A DNA stretch of 32,000 nucleotides from Candidatus Korarchaeum cryptofilum OPF8 (GCF_000019605.1 NC_010482.1:1290001-1322000); one strand, 5' to 3'. Positions 1-9,950 are shown, counted from the first letter of the stretch. Program-made: numbers and translations. Notes: a model not told the origin generated them from the letters alone.

Positions 1-1
1 G

Positions 2-286
2 GGTAAGAAGGGAGTGGTAGTTATTGATAGGAGCATATCCTTCAGTTCGGGTGGACCCATTGGGACTGAAGTGAGATCCTCTCTCTACGATTTGAGCGGG
101 GCTCCTCCGGTAGTGAATTATATAAGCGGCCTTGGAGGCAGGGATCTCACTTACAAAGATGTGATCGCGATGTTCAAGGATGCAGTCAGTAGGATAGCTT
201 CTGGTAGAGTGAGGAAGCCGTATTACTGGTACAAATTGAAGCCGGAGTATCAGAGGATTGAGCTAGCTGAGGAGGTGGTGATATGA
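2..286 (+). CDS. 2-oxoacid (pyruvate-type):ferredoxin oxidoreductase alpha subunit, C-terminal fragment (5' end outside window)
   Basis: The frame is open from the window edge (GKKGVVVIDRSISF...). Its stop overlaps the ATG of the TPP-binding beta subunit (ATGA at 283-286), the usual alpha-beta order of archaeal OFORs. Assigned by sequence recognition plus context. Confidence 0.7.
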   Translation, partial: GKKGVVVIDRSISFSSGGPIGTEVRSSLYDLSGAPPVVNYISGLGGRDLTYKDVIAMFKDAVSRIASGRVRKPYYWYKLKPEYQRIELAEEVVI

Positions 287-1170
287 GCCTCACGATACAT
301 GAGCTCAGGAAGAGGAGCAGCTCCTACCTCCCGGGTTCAGCTGCATGCCCTGGATGCGGGGCTACTATAGCTTTCAGGATAGCCTCAAGGGTTCTGGGGC
401 CCAATACAGTATATGTGATCCCCGCATGTTGTTCCAGCATAATACAGTCGCCTTACCCCAGAAGCGCATTCTCAGCCCCCATCCTCAACTTCGCCTTCGC
501 AGCGGCTGCGGCAGCGGCTTCAGGAGTTTATAGAGCATATAAATTCCAAGGGAAGGATGTGAATGTGGTAGTCTGGGCTGGCGATGGGGGTACAGTTGAT
601 ATAGGGATACAGGCCCTATCTGGGGCAGCCGAGAGGGGAGAGGACATAATTTACATCTGTTACGATAACGAGGCCTACATGAATACGGGAATACAGAGAT
701 CTGGAGCCACACCCTGGGGAGCTGTGACTAAGACTACGCCTACGGGCAAGAGGGAGATGCCGAAGGACATGCCCATGATAGTCGCTGCCCATGGAGTGCC
801 CTACGTCGCTACTGCGAGTGTTGGCTATCCATTTGACCTTGCAAACAAGTTGGAGAAGGCGAAGAAGATAAGGGGATTCAAGTACATTCATATACTCTCT
901 CCATGTCCTCCTGGATGGGATTTTCCGGTCGAGAAGACAGCTGAGCTTGGAAAGCTTGCTGTGGATACATATTTCTGGCCCCTTTATGAGATAGAGAATG
1001 GGAAGCTGAGGATAACGGTAAAGCCTAGGAAGAGGCCTATTAAGGACTTCCTCGCTATGCAGGAAAGGTTTAAGTCATTAAAGGATGAGGATATCGAGGA
1101 GTTGGAGAGGAGGATCACTGAGAAGTGGAACTTTCTACTTCAGCTTGAGGGACTCGAGAAGATCTTCTAA
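283..1170 (+). CDS. 2-oxoacid:ferredoxin oxidoreductase beta subunit (TPP-binding)
   Basis: 295 aa. Has N-terminal CPGCG cysteines and the TPP-binding GDGG...YDNEAYMNTG motif typical of PorB/VorB/KorB-type beta subunits. Substrate specificity cannot be read from the sequence. Confidence 0.9.
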   Translation: MSLTIHELRKRSSSYLPGSAACPGCGATIAFRIASRVLGPNTVYVIPACCSSIIQSPYPRSAFSAPILNFAFAAAAAAASGVYRAYKFQGKDVNVVVWAGDGGTVDIGIQALSGAAERGEDIIYICYDNEAYMNTGIQRSGATPWGAVTKTTPTGKREMPKDMPMIVAAHGVPYVATASVGYPFDLANKLEKAKKIRGFKYIHILSPCPPGWDFPVEKTAELGKLAVDTYFWPLYEIENGKLRITVKPRKRPIKDFLAMQERFKSLKDEDIEELERRITEKWNFLLQLEGLEKIF

Positions 1171-2674
1171 CTCCTTTTTTAATTGATAGGAGAGTCGATA
1201 TTATCAGAGCTAATCCCAAGGCCTCAGTCAGGACTCCCAGTACCGTCAAGTAGATCGCTAGAGTTGCGCTATCCTCCGATCCATCCTCGAGGATCTTAGC
1301 GGCAATTCCTGCGAATGGATTGAACCAGGAAGTCTGTTTCACATAACTCCAAGCCGTCCTCGTGAGGGAAGACCTTTGAACGCTCTCCGAGATTATCATA
1401 CCATAGGATCTGAAGAAATCCGAGACATTCTCCCCAGCTGCTCTGTTCAGGTACTTTAAAAGGTCCTCGGGTGAATTGACCGTTGCCTTATCCTTCCTCA
1501 TCTCGGCGAAGAGCTTCTTATATATATCATCTCCGTACTTCCTGGCGAGATCTTTAGCTATTATCAAGCTAGCGGAGTAGTAGAGGGAAGGATCCCCGGG
1601 CAACCCTCCTCCTCTCCAATCTAACAGGAAGCTGAAATCTCCTCCCGTATAAGCCATTATCTGCCTCACAGTATCGTTATCTGGCTCCTCAGGGGGGTTC
1701 ATTCCCATCTCCCTCACTATCACAGAGCTGAGGTATTGCGCTAATCCCTCATGGAACCACCTCAACTCCACGCCCAAGCCAGCGGCTTGCATATATTGGT
1801 GGAGGAGCTCGTGTATCAACGTGAGGGGAAGCTCGTACTCCGGCATCCTAGCGAGCATCATATTGAGATTCACTTCACCCTGAGTTATCACGTCCGATGT
1901 ATAGCGAGGTCCAGTGTATCCTTGCGTCGTTATGTCCTCCATCTTCTCCGGGACGAAGAGGTTAACCTTTACCGGTATCTCCTCCCTCAGAGAGGTTATA
2001 TTCTGGATCATTTTCAGCGATTTCTCGTAATATTTTGTTATATTTCCTGCGAAGTCTTGATATCTAGCTGGGTAAACTACGGTGAGCTTTCCAACTTTCA
2101 TTTCCTTCATCTCAGCTTTTTCCGTCTCGAAGGATATCAGAACCCTGAGCGTATTGTTCCTCATCCCATTGAGGTAGTACTTCACGACGTTGTAATCGCT
2201 CCCGTTCTCTATAGCATAGCCAGAGGGCTCCACTCCCTTTATTGAGTACATTTTTGGTAATTTAACGAGAATTAGAGCATCATCCATCCTATTAAACCCT
2301 ATTTGTGTCGAGAAAAATGCGCCATTTGGTTCGACTATTAATGCTCCGAACCTATAGCTCCAGTTTATCTCGATAGTGGTCCCTGGAGAATAGGAGAAAG
2401 TGTAATTCGAGTAGAAGTAATAGCTAGTATTCTCTATAACCTTCTCATTCTTTATCGAACCAGATACCACTCTGAGGGAGTATTTCTGAAACTTCGGGAC
2501 CAGCACCCAGCTGCTTCCCGATGAGTTAGACTCAAATCTAGTGATTATATCGACCCATCCAGTCTCCTTAACAGTGTAAGTGTATGTATAGATGCCCTTC
2601 CCATCCGCGAAAGCTATTTGAAAGTAGGGAATTGAGATCAGTATTATCAGAGCGAAAGCCAATCTTCTCATCAT
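1115..2674 (-). CDS. Membrane-anchored extracytoplasmic zinc metallopeptidase (MA-clan, Peptidase_MA_2-like)
   Basis: Has an N-terminal signal/anchor (MMRRLAFALIILISIPYF) and HELLH at 1799-1813 followed by WFHEGLAQY (gluzincin-like third ligand). A C-terminal TM helix is followed by a basic tail. The ORF-track start at 2680 is GTG. The ATG at 2674 lies about 28 nt from a TATA-like element at 2698-2706. Confidence 0.6.
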   Translation of the reverse strand: MMRRLAFALIILISIPYFQIAFADGKGIYTYTYTVKETGWVDIITRFESNSSGSSWVLVPKFQKYSLRVVSGSIKNEKVIENTSYYFYSNYTFSYSPGTTIEINWSYRFGALIVEPNGAFFSTQIGFNRMDDALILVKLPKMYSIKGVEPSGYAIENGSDYNVVKYYLNGMRNNTLRVLISFETEKAEMKEMKVGKLTVVYPARYQDFAGNITKYYEKSLKMIQNITSLREEIPVKVNLFVPEKMEDITTQGYTGPRYTSDVITQGEVNLNMMLARMPEYELPLTLIHELLHQYMQAAGLGVELRWFHEGLAQYLSSVIVREMGMNPPEEPDNDTVRQIMAYTGGDFSFLLDWRGGGLPGDPSLYYSASLIIAKDLARKYGDDIYKKLFAEMRKDKATVNSPEDLLKYLNRAAGENVSDFFRSYGMIISESVQRSSLTRTAWSYVKQTSWFNPFAGIAAKILEDGSEDSATLAIYLTVLGVLTEALGLALIISTLLSIKKGVRRSSRVPQAEVESSTSQ

Positions 2675-2734
2675 TATCACGAGTCCTATCGAAATCTCTA
2701 TTTAAGTAGTTTTCGGGCAATCGTAGGGGATCGT

Positions 2735-4039
2735 ATGGAGATACTCATCAAGGGATTGAGGTTCCTAGTGACTCAGGATGATGAGAGGAGGATCTTGAGG
2801 GACAAGGATATCCTGATCAAGGAAGGGATAATTGAGAAAATTGGAAATTTACGCGAATCGGCTGATGAGATCATAGATGGAAGGGACCTCGTTGCGATCC
2901 CTGGGCTCATAAATACGCATACACATATACCCATGACGCTCTTCAGAGGTGTAGCAGATGACATCCCCCTCTTCCCCTGGCTCAATGAGAAGATATGGCC
3001 AATGGAAGCGAACCTAAGGCCCCATCATATAAGGGCCGGGACTGAGTTAGGAATCCTAGAGTCTGTGAGGACGGGGACCACAACGATATTCGATATGTAC
3101 TTCTTCGAGGATGTCATAGCGGAAGTTTTCAAGGAATTTGGGGTCAGAGGTGTGCTGGCATCAGCTATAATAGATTTCGGAACTCCCGAGTGCAAAAACT
3201 TCGAGGAATGCCTCAAAATAGCTGATTCCTTCATAAATAAGTGGATCAATGATCCCTTAATACTGCCCTGCTACGGGCCGCACGCCCCTTACACGGTCTC
3301 GCCATCTAACTTAGTTGAGATAGCTAGCAGGACGGGATCATGGATCCAGATACACGTATCGGAAACGGAGGGGGAAGTTAAGGATATTAAGGGGAAATAT
3401 GGGAAGAGCCCAGTCAAGCTAATTGAGGAGGTAGGTGTTCTAAGTAAGAGGACTGTTCTAGCGCATCTGGTATGGCCTGATGATGAGGATCTCCCCATAA
3501 TAGCTAACTCAGGCTCTTTAGTTTCGCATAATCCCATAAGTAACCTTAAGCTCTCCTCTGGAATCGCACCAGTACCTGAGATGATCGAAAAGGGGGTTAG
3601 AGTATCCCTAGGAACGGATGGAGCAGCTAGTAACAACTCCTTAGATATGTTTGAGGCGATGAAAACGGCTGCGATCATACAAAAAGCTAGGAAAATGGAT
3701 CCCACTGTTATGCCAGCTCAATTGATCCTAGACATGGCAACTAGAATTCCTGCTGAACACTTACCTTGGAGGATAGGGAGGATAGTGGAGGGATACGAGG
3801 CAGATATAGTGCTCCTTAACACTAAGGTTCCCTGGTGGAACCCCCTGCATTCCGTGATATCCCATTTAGTGTACTCAGCTAAATCGACTGACGTCAAGTA
3901 CGTCCTAGTCAAGGGGAATTTGCTCTATGATGGGAGCTTCAGGGCTAAGGGAGAAGAGAAAATATATGAAGAGGCTGAGAAAAGTTCAATAGATCTACTT
4001 GAGAAATCTGGAGTAACTTCAATGCTTAATAGCATGTAA
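2735..4039 (+). CDS. mtaD: Amidohydrolase, 5'-methylthioadenosine/S-adenosylhomocysteine deaminase type
   Basis: 434 aa. Has PGLINTHTHIPMTLFRGVADD (metal-binding HxH), later HVSET and GTDGAASNN motifs, and the overall MtaD/TrzA/SsnA family layout. Confidence 0.85.
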   Translation: MEILIKGLRFLVTQDDERRILRDKDILIKEGIIEKIGNLRESADEIIDGRDLVAIPGLINTHTHIPMTLFRGVADDIPLFPWLNEKIWPMEANLRPHHIRAGTELGILESVRTGTTTIFDMYFFEDVIAEVFKEFGVRGVLASAIIDFGTPECKNFEECLKIADSFINKWINDPLILPCYGPHAPYTVSPSNLVEIASRTGSWIQIHVSETEGEVKDIKGKYGKSPVKLIEEVGVLSKRTVLAHLVWPDDEDLPIIANSGSLVSHNPISNLKLSSGIAPVPEMIEKGVRVSLGTDGAASNNSLDMFEAMKTAAIIQKARKMDPTVMPAQLILDMATRIPAEHLPWRIGRIVEGYEADIVLLNTKVPWWNPLHSVISHLVYSAKSTDVKYVLVKGNLLYDGSFRAKGEEKIYEEAEKSSIDLLEKSGVTSMLNSM

Positions 4040-4585
4040 AAGATCGGCATAGCTCGGAGTGACTACCCTACAGGTCATATTCAATTTTCTGACGAGATCT
4101 ATAGATCTCCCTCCCTCCACCTCCACGAACTCTCCCAGCCCCTCCACATCATCTAGGTATACCTTGCCATCAATTCCATTGATCCTCAATTCCCTCCTCA
4201 CCTTCCTGACGCGGAGCTTCTCAGCGATCCCATAATCCTTAAGTCGCTCCATCATTTCCTCTAACTCCTTCGAACATTTGAGTGGAATTCCGAGAGCCCT
4301 TAATGCAGAATCGCATTCTTCGCTGCCTAAGGGTCCCTCTATCTCCTCCCTCAACTTCTCCCCATTCACGATGGATCTAGGGCCCTTGTAAGTGAGTAGG
4401 GTGCCTTTCCCCGTCACCCTTATCCTGAGGGCCGCATCGTTCAGCATGAGCCTACAATCATCGAAATCTAAGTAGATATCCTCTTGAGAATCGCTGCCAA
4501 TTATCTCATAATCCAGTCCTAGGGACTCCAAGGATCTCAAGAATTCTGAATGATTTACCCTCAACTTGACCTCCCTCTCGAGCAT
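4019..4585 (-). CDS. CYTH-domain protein (class IV adenylate cyclase / triphosphate tunnel metalloenzyme family)
   Basis: The N-terminus at the ATG at 4585 reads MLEREVKLRV, the ExExK signature of CYTH domains. At 188 aa it fits the family size. The ORF-track start at 4669 is a TTG that adds 28 unconserved residues. The 3' end overlaps mtaD by 21 nt (convergent). Confidence 0.75.
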   Translation of the reverse strand: MLEREVKLRVNHSEFLRSLESLGLDYEIIGSDSQEDIYLDFDDCRLMLNDAALRIRVTGKGTLLTYKGPRSIVNGEKLREEIEGPLGSEECDSALRALGIPLKCSKELEEMMERLKDYGIAEKLRVRKVRRELRINGIDGKVYLDDVEGLGEFVEVEGGRSIDLVRKLNMTCRVVTPSYADLLHAIKH

Positions 4586-4732
4586 GACATAACACCCATT
4601 TCCCGAAGGATCAGCCACTTTTACGGTTATGCTACTATTTAACGTGTCACATCGGAACTTCCTCAACAACGATTTGAATTAGCAATTATCTCGTTGAAGT
4701 GATATTGAAGATAACGGAGGTTTCTTAGAGCA

Positions 4733-4817
4733 TGCGGGGGGTGGGATTCGAACCCACGAACCCCTAAGGGAGCGGATCTTAAGTCCGCCGCCTTTGTCCC
4801 GGCTCGGCCACCCCCGC
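4733..4817 (-). tRNA. tRNA-Leu (anticodon UAA)
   Basis: Hand-folded cloverleaf. Acceptor stem is GCGGGGG/CCCCCGC with discriminator A. Anticodon stem is GCGGA/TCCGC with loop CTTAAGA. It has a long variable arm (class II) and a T-arm GTGGG-TTCGAAT-CCCAC. No intron and no encoded CCA. Confidence 0.9.
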
Positions 4818-4839
4818 CGCATTATAGTGGGGGATTCAG

Positions 4840-4850
4840 TTTTTATATTC
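4840..4850. promoter_or_regulatory. TATA-like element (TTTTTATATTC) shared by divergent tRNA-Leu and the atpF operon
   Basis: It is the only A/T-rich block in the 62-bp spacer. Its centre is about 28 nt from the tRNA 5' end (4817) and about 35 nt from the atpF ATG (4880). That ATG is preceded by the SD-like GAGGTG at 4868-4873. Confidence 0.45.
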
Positions 4851-4879
4851 TTTTCCTCCCATTTGAAGAGGTGCGCTGC

Positions 4880-5224
4880 ATGAGTGAAAGGGGAAGTATA
4901 GCCAGCTCCCCGATCGCTGTAACCGATGATGAGATCCTTGCTCTAGCATTTGAGATGATTGGAATTTCTAGTAAGGTCTTAAAGGGGAGAAGTGCCCTCA
5001 TTAAGTTCTTCAGGGAGAACGAAAATGAGCTGCCTCACGTGGTCTTCGTAAATGAAAGGGTTGCAGAGGAAATAAGTGACTATAGAGAGGATCTCTTGAG
5101 GAGGGGTAAAAATAAACCTATTTTTGCTATTGTTCCCGATATGGAGGGTTCTAGAGGGGTTAGATTGAGGGAACTATCCTCTTTATTAGCAAGAGCTCTT
5201 GGAAGCGAGGAATTAAGGTTTTAG
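4880..5224 (+). CDS. atpF: A-type ATP synthase subunit F
   Basis: About 114 aa. The IAVTDDEILALAFEMIGIS N-terminus resembles the subunit F consensus (IAVIGDxDTxxGFxLAGI), and it is the first gene of the ATPase cluster. The ATG at 4880 is preferred over the GTG at 4871 because GAGGTG (4868-4873) sits at SD distance. Confidence 0.75.
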   Translation: MSERGSIASSPIAVTDDEILALAFEMIGISSKVLKGRSALIKFFRENENELPHVVFVNERVAEEISDYREDLLRRGKNKPIFAIVPDMEGSRGVRLRELSSLLARALGSEELRF

Positions 5225-5233
5225 GGTGATATT

Positions 5234-5530
5234 ATGCCCAGACTAGTTGAAGCAATAATGGAGGCTGAGAAAGAAGCCTCTAGGATAGTGGAAAGTGCCC
5301 AGGAGGAGGCAAAGAGGATAATAGAGAGCGCGGAGGAGGAGGCAAAGAGGATAATAGAGGAAGCGAAGAAGATGCCAATAGAGTCCGCTGTAATAGAAGA
5401 TATAACGAGGGATGAGGAGAAACTCCTCAGCGAGGCCACTAAGAAATCTGAAGAATTGAGAAAGAGAGCTATGGAGAGGATAGAGGAGGTCATAAATGAG
5501 ATATTGAGGGAGGTGATATACGGTGAGTGA
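5234..5530 (+). CDS. atpH: A-type ATP synthase subunit H (peripheral stalk, G-like)
   Basis: A 98-aa all-helical E/K/A-rich protein with (E)EAKRIIE repeats, directly upstream of atpE. GGGTGAT SD lies before the ATG. The assignment rests on size, composition and position. Confidence 0.65.
   Translation: MPRLVEAIMEAEKEASRIVESAQEEAKRIIESAEEEAKRIIEEAKKMPIESAVIEDITRDEEKLLSEATKKSEELRKRAMERIEEVINEILREVIYGE
5301..5366 (+). repeat. In-frame 33-bp tandem duplication inside atpH
   Basis: The sequence aggaggaggcaaagaggataatagag occurs at 5301-5326 and again at 5334-5359 (26/26 identical, period 33 nt). It encodes EEAKRIIESA twice. Confidence 0.85.
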
Positions 5531-6143
5531 GGTTACCGAGACCGCGGACTCCCAAGCTATCGTCAGAGCTATCCTGAAGGTCGCGGAGGATAGAGCTGGG
5601 GCCATATTGGAGGAGGCCCGGAGGAGGGCGAGGGAGATAGTAGAATCTGCTAAGAAGGAAGCTGAGCAAATAGTGAGGGCCAGGAGGGAGAGGGCTGAGA
5701 GGGAGATGAGAGAGGAAATCGCCAGAAGGAGGAGTGCTGCTGAAGTAGAGGCGAATCAAAGGATTTTAAGGACAAAGAAGGAGATCATTGATAATTTAAT
5801 TAGGATGTTGCAGGAGAGACTTCAATCTATAGCCGATGGCGAGGATCCCAACTGGAACTATCGTGAGATCCTGAGGAATTATTGTCTCGAAGGCATAAAG
5901 GCTCTGGGGGAGGGAGAGATATACCTGATCGGAAGGGAGAAGGATAGAGAACTCCTAGAGAAGATAGCTAAAGAGCTTAAAAATGTTAAAGTTGATCCTA
6001 GAAGCCTGCCCATAATCGGTGGGGTCGTCTTGAGGGACTCGAGGGATGAGAGGAGGTATTACAATACCTTCGACGGCAGACTGAGGGACTACTTAGAGAG
6101 GAAGATGCCTTATATAGTTGAGAGGATCTTCGGGGGGGTTTAG
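5523..6143 (+). CDS. atpE: A-type ATP synthase subunit E
   Basis: 206 aa with a long N-terminal charged helix and a C-terminal globular part (IGGVVLRDSRDERRYYNTFDGRL), typical of subunit E. The GTG start overlaps the atpH stop (GTGAGTGA). Confidence 0.8.
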   Translation: MSEVTETADSQAIVRAILKVAEDRAGAILEEARRRAREIVESAKKEAEQIVRARRERAEREMREEIARRRSAAEVEANQRILRTKKEIIDNLIRMLQERLQSIADGEDPNWNYREILRNYCLEGIKALGEGEIYLIGREKDRELLEKIAKELKNVKVDPRSLPIIGGVVLRDSRDERRYYNTFDGRLRDYLERKMPYIVERIFGGV

Positions 6144-7931
6144 ATGCTAGAGCAGACCTACGTTGGGAAGGGCGTCATAGTACATGTGAAGGGACCCGTT
6201 GTTATAGCTGAGGGGATGAGAGGTTCGAAAATAAGAGAGGTCGTTTATGTCGGAGAAGAGAGATTGATAGGGGAGATTGTGAGGATAGAGGAGGATAGAG
6301 CTGTTATACAGGTATATGAGCCTACGGGCGGCGTTAAAGCGGGAGAACCTGTTGAGAGGACTGGAGAACCGCTTTCAGCCGAGCTAGGACCTGGTTTACT
6401 GGGTCAGGTATTGGATGGGCTCGGGAGACCACTGGATATAATCGCTGAGAAAGCTGGAGGTCCCTTCATAGTTAGGGGGATCAAATCCCCGACATTACCT
6501 AGGGATAGGAAGTGGCATTGGATACCACAAGTGAAGCGTGGCGATTTGATTCAGTCGGGCGATGTCCTCGGAAAGGTCAAAGAGGGTCCGATAGACCATA
6601 AAATAATGCTTCCGCCTAATATCATGAGGGCGAGAGTTTTAGAAACATATCCAGAGGGAGATTACACGATAGAGGAAGGGATCGTCCTTATAGAACATGT
6701 TGGAGGAAAAGAGGAGCTTAAAATGTATCAAAAATGGCCTGTGAGAAACCCAAGACCATTTAAGGAGAAATTAGATCCTAGCGAGCTCTTAATCACTGGT
6801 CAAAGGGTCATAGATACGTTCTTCCCGATAGTTAAGGGAGGAACTTCTGCTGTTCCGGGAGGCTTCGGGACAGGGAAAACGGTCACTTTGCACCAGATAT
6901 CGAAGTGGGCTGATGCCGATGTGGTTGTCTATGTCGGATGTGGAGAGAGGGGCAATGAGATGACCGATCTCCTGCATACATTCCCCAAGTTAGTGGATCC
7001 CAAGACGGGGAGGCCCTTACTGGAGAGGAGCGTCCTGATAGCTAATACTAGCAATATGCCGGTGCCCGCGAGAGAGGCTAGCATATTCATGGGGGTCACC
7101 TACGCCGAATATTACAGGGATATGGGGCTCCACGTAGTGCTGACAGCAGATTCTACCTCAAGATGGGCCGAAGCCCTGAGGGAGCTCAGCTCCAGGTTGG
7201 AGGAGATACCGTCTGAGAAGGGATTCCCTGCCTATCTGCCGGATTTCATAGCTTCCTTCTACGAGAGGGCTGGTAGGGTCAAGGTCATTGGAAATAGGGA
7301 TGAGATTGGTTCTATAGCCATAATAGGGGCCGTCAGCCCTTCGGGAGGCGACCTAAATGAACCAGTGACTCAGCACACGATGAGGTATGTAGGCGCTTTC
7401 TGGGCTCTTGATAAAGATCTCGCATTTAAGAGACACTTCCCATCCATAAACTGGCTTAGAAGTTTCTCAAAGTATGCTCCTGCCTTGAAGAACTGGTGGA
7501 TAAACGCGACAGGCCATGATATGGTCGAATACAGGGATAGAGCTATGTCCTTACTGCAAGCGGCATCTAGCTTGGAAGAAGTAGCCAGAGTAGTGGGTGA
7601 GGCAGCCCTTTCCGATGAGAACAGGCTCGTTCTACTGTCCGCTGAGCTAATAAAGGAGGGATTCCTAGTTCAGAGTGCATATCACGAAGTCGATACCTAC
7701 TGCTCCCCCAAGAAGCAGGCGATCCTCCTCAGGACGCTCCTAGAGTTCTATGAGAGGGCTAAGCCTCTAATAGAGGCGGGCGTTCCGATGTCTAAAATAG
7801 CTGAGATGAGATCCCTCGGGCTCTTGAGGAGGCTCAAGTTCGTACCTGAGAAGGAGTTTGAGGCAGCTGCGAGGGATGCTATCTCCCAGCTTGAGGCGGA
7901 AATATCGTCCTTGTTAGCGGAGGTGAGGTAA
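6144..7931 (+). CDS. atpA: A-type ATP synthase catalytic subunit A
   Basis: 595 aa. Has Walker A GGFGTGKT, the non-homologous insert region characteristic of A/V-type A subunits, and conserved ERGNEM and SRWAEALRE motifs. Length is normal, so no intein. Confidence 0.97.
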   Translation: MLEQTYVGKGVIVHVKGPVVIAEGMRGSKIREVVYVGEERLIGEIVRIEEDRAVIQVYEPTGGVKAGEPVERTGEPLSAELGPGLLGQVLDGLGRPLDIIAEKAGGPFIVRGIKSPTLPRDRKWHWIPQVKRGDLIQSGDVLGKVKEGPIDHKIMLPPNIMRARVLETYPEGDYTIEEGIVLIEHVGGKEELKMYQKWPVRNPRPFKEKLDPSELLITGQRVIDTFFPIVKGGTSAVPGGFGTGKTVTLHQISKWADADVVVYVGCGERGNEMTDLLHTFPKLVDPKTGRPLLERSVLIANTSNMPVPAREASIFMGVTYAEYYRDMGLHVVLTADSTSRWAEALRELSSRLEEIPSEKGFPAYLPDFIASFYERAGRVKVIGNRDEIGSIAIIGAVSPSGGDLNEPVTQHTMRYVGAFWALDKDLAFKRHFPSINWLRSFSKYAPALKNWWINATGHDMVEYRDRAMSLLQAASSLEEVARVVGEAALSDENRLVLLSAELIKEGFLVQSAYHEVDTYCSPKKQAILLRTLLEFYERAKPLIEAGVPMSKIAEMRSLGLLRRLKFVPEKEFEAAARDAISQLEAEISSLLAEVR

Positions 7932-9328
7932 TGCCTATCAGAGGGATCGCTTTCAGAGGTATAGATCAGGTTAAGGGTCCCCTCGTCATAATGAGAGGGG
8001 TGCCTGGCGTAGCTTATGAGGAAGTGGTCAGGATATACTCGGAGGATGGGAGGGAGTGGCTCGGCCAAGTGTTAGAGGCCGGGAGGGATAAAGTCGTCAT
8101 ACAAATACTGGGGGATACTGAGGGGCTCGATGCTAATGCTATAGTCAAGTTCACCGGGTCGACGCTCAAGGTGGCTGTATCCGATGAAGTCCTCGGCAGG
8201 GTCTTCAATGGGGCGGGTGAGCCCATCGATGGAGGCCCTAAAATAAGGGCGGAGGATTTCAGGGACATAAACGGGGCACCGATAAACCCTGTGAAGAGGG
8301 ATTACCCCGATGAGTTCATAGAGACAGGGATAAGCGCGATAGATGGTATGCTCAGTTTGATAAGGGGTCAGAAGTTACCCATATTTTCGGAATCAGGGCT
8401 TCCGCATAACGAAGTCGCTGCTCAGATAGCGAGGCAAGCAGTAGTCCTCGGGAGGGAGGAGAAATTCTCCATAGTATTCGCCGCCGTGGGACTCAAGTAT
8501 GACGATGTTCTCTTCTTCAGGAGACAATTTGAGGAATTCGGGGCCTTAAGTAGGTCTGTTCTCTTCCTAAATCTTGCAAACGATCCTGTTATTGAGAGGA
8601 TAACTACACCTAGAGTTGCCCTAACGGTAGCTGAGTATCTAGCATTTGATCTAGGGATGGATGTCCTAGTAATAATCGATGATATGACAAATTACTGTGA
8701 AGCTTTACGAGAACTCAGCTCAGCTAGAGAAGAGGTCCCGAGCAGGAAGGGGTATCCGGGATACATGTACAGCGATCTAGCTAGCATATACGAGAGGGCT
8801 GGCAGGATCATCGGGAGACCTGGTTCGATAACATTCATGCCGATACTCACGATGCCCGGAGGGGATTTAACTCACCCGATTCCAGATCTCACGGGTTATA
8901 TAACTGAAGGGCAGATATTCTTAGATCTTGATCTGCATAACAGGGGGATATATCCACCTATTAACGTGCTGCCCAGCCTCAGCAGGTTGATGAAGGATGG
9001 GATAGGACCTGGGAAGACTAGGGAGGATCACAAGGAAGTATCTGATCAACTTTATGCCGCATATAGCCAGGGAACTAAGGCTAGAGAGCTCGTCCAGATA
9101 GTTGGAGAGGCTGGACTCAGCCAGAGGGAGAGGTTATACTTGGAATTTGCCAGGAGGTTTGAGAGAGAATTTGTTTCCCAAGGTTTCAAGGAGAGGAGAA
9201 CTATAGAGGAGACGCTCAACATAGCATGGGACATACTCTCAGTCCTCCCGGAGTCCGAGCTCACTAGGATAAGTGAGAAGACCATAAGCAAGTACCATCC
9301 GAGGAGGAGGCTCCTAGTGGAAAGGTGA
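7931..9328 (+). CDS. atpB: A-type ATP synthase subunit B
   Basis: 465 aa. Has conserved [26 protein letters not shown] and [30 protein letters not shown] blocks. The start overlaps the atpA stop (TAATG). Confidence 0.97.
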   Translation: MPIRGIAFRGIDQVKGPLVIMRGVPGVAYEEVVRIYSEDGREWLGQVLEAGRDKVVIQILGDTEGLDANAIVKFTGSTLKVAVSDEVLGRVFNGAGEPIDGGPKIRAEDFRDINGAPINPVKRDYPDEFIETGISAIDGMLSLIRGQKLPIFSESGLPHNEVAAQIARQAVVLGREEKFSIVFAAVGLKYDDVLFFRRQFEEFGALSRSVLFLNLANDPVIERITTPRVALTVAEYLAFDLGMDVLVIIDDMTNYCEALRELSSAREEVPSRKGYPGYMYSDLASIYERAGRIIGRPGSITFMPILTMPGGDLTHPIPDLTGYITEGQIFLDLDLHNRGIYPPINVLPSLSRLMKDGIGPGKTREDHKEVSDQLYAAYSQGTKARELVQIVGEAGLSQRERLYLEFARRFEREFVSQGFKERRTIEETLNIAWDILSVLPESELTRISEKTISKYHPRRRLLVER

Positions 9329-9332
9329 TCTC

Positions 9333-9950
9333 ATGAGCTTCAGATCCGTGGGGAGGGTACTCCCCACTAAAGGGTTTTTGATAAGGCTGAGGGAGAGGAC
9401 AAGGCTCCTCAAGTCAGGAGTAGAAGCTCTGAAGATGAAGAGGGACCAGTTAGTTAGGGAGTGCCAGTCGCTGATACCCGATCTCAAGAGGAGGAGCGAT
9501 ATAGAGAGAAAGCTCGAGGATGCTTATAAGATTCTTAGGCTCGCTTATTCAGCCGCCGGACCTGAAGAGATGAAGAAAGCTGCTTTATTAACGACCCCCC
9601 TCCTCACGGAGATGAGAGTGAGGAGCGTGATAGGAGTAGAGGTACCAGAGACCAAAGTAATCGGTTTGAGTCTCGCTACTTCTCCCTCCCTAAATGCCGT
9701 GGTCATAGCTGCTTCTAGGAAATTCGCCGATGCTATAAGGGAGATGATGCCTCTGGTGAATTCTGAAGCGAAGTTTGAGAGGATTGCCACTGCTCTATCC
9801 GATACGATGAGGAAGGTGAATGCCCTAGAGAAGATAGTCATTCCGGATCATGAAGCCGCCATAAGGTACATAGAGGAGATGTTGGAGGAGGAATCCTTGG
9901 AGGAGTTCATCATGGTCAAGAAATATAGGGAGATAAAGAGGGGAGAGTAA
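9333..9950 (+). CDS. atpD: A-type ATP synthase subunit D (central stalk)
   Basis: 205 aa. Has the N-terminal LPTKGFLIRLRER...LKMKRDQL pattern of subunit D. AGGTGATC SD lies upstream. Confidence 0.9.
   Translation: MSFRSVGRVLPTKGFLIRLRERTRLLKSGVEALKMKRDQLVRECQSLIPDLKRRSDIERKLEDAYKILRLAYSAAGPEEMKKAALLTTPLLTEMRVRSVIGVEVPETKVIGLSLATSPSLNAVVIAASRKFADAIREMMPLVNSEAKFERIATALSDTMRKVNALEKIVIPDHEAAIRYIEEMLEEESLEEFIMVKKYREIKRGE

Noticed and set aside
5221-5759. Three - strand ORFs (90, 120 and 89 aa), Ser/Leu-rich, opposite atpH/atpE
   Set aside because: They are an artefact of purine-rich GAR/AAR codon runs (E/K-rich helices) lacking stop codons on the complementary strand. The + strand genes fit the ATPase operon.
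6144-9328. Possibility of inteins or frameshifts in atpA/atpB
   Set aside because: Lengths (595 and 465 aa) are standard. Conserved motifs are contiguous, and no Cys/Ser...HN splice-junction insert is visible.
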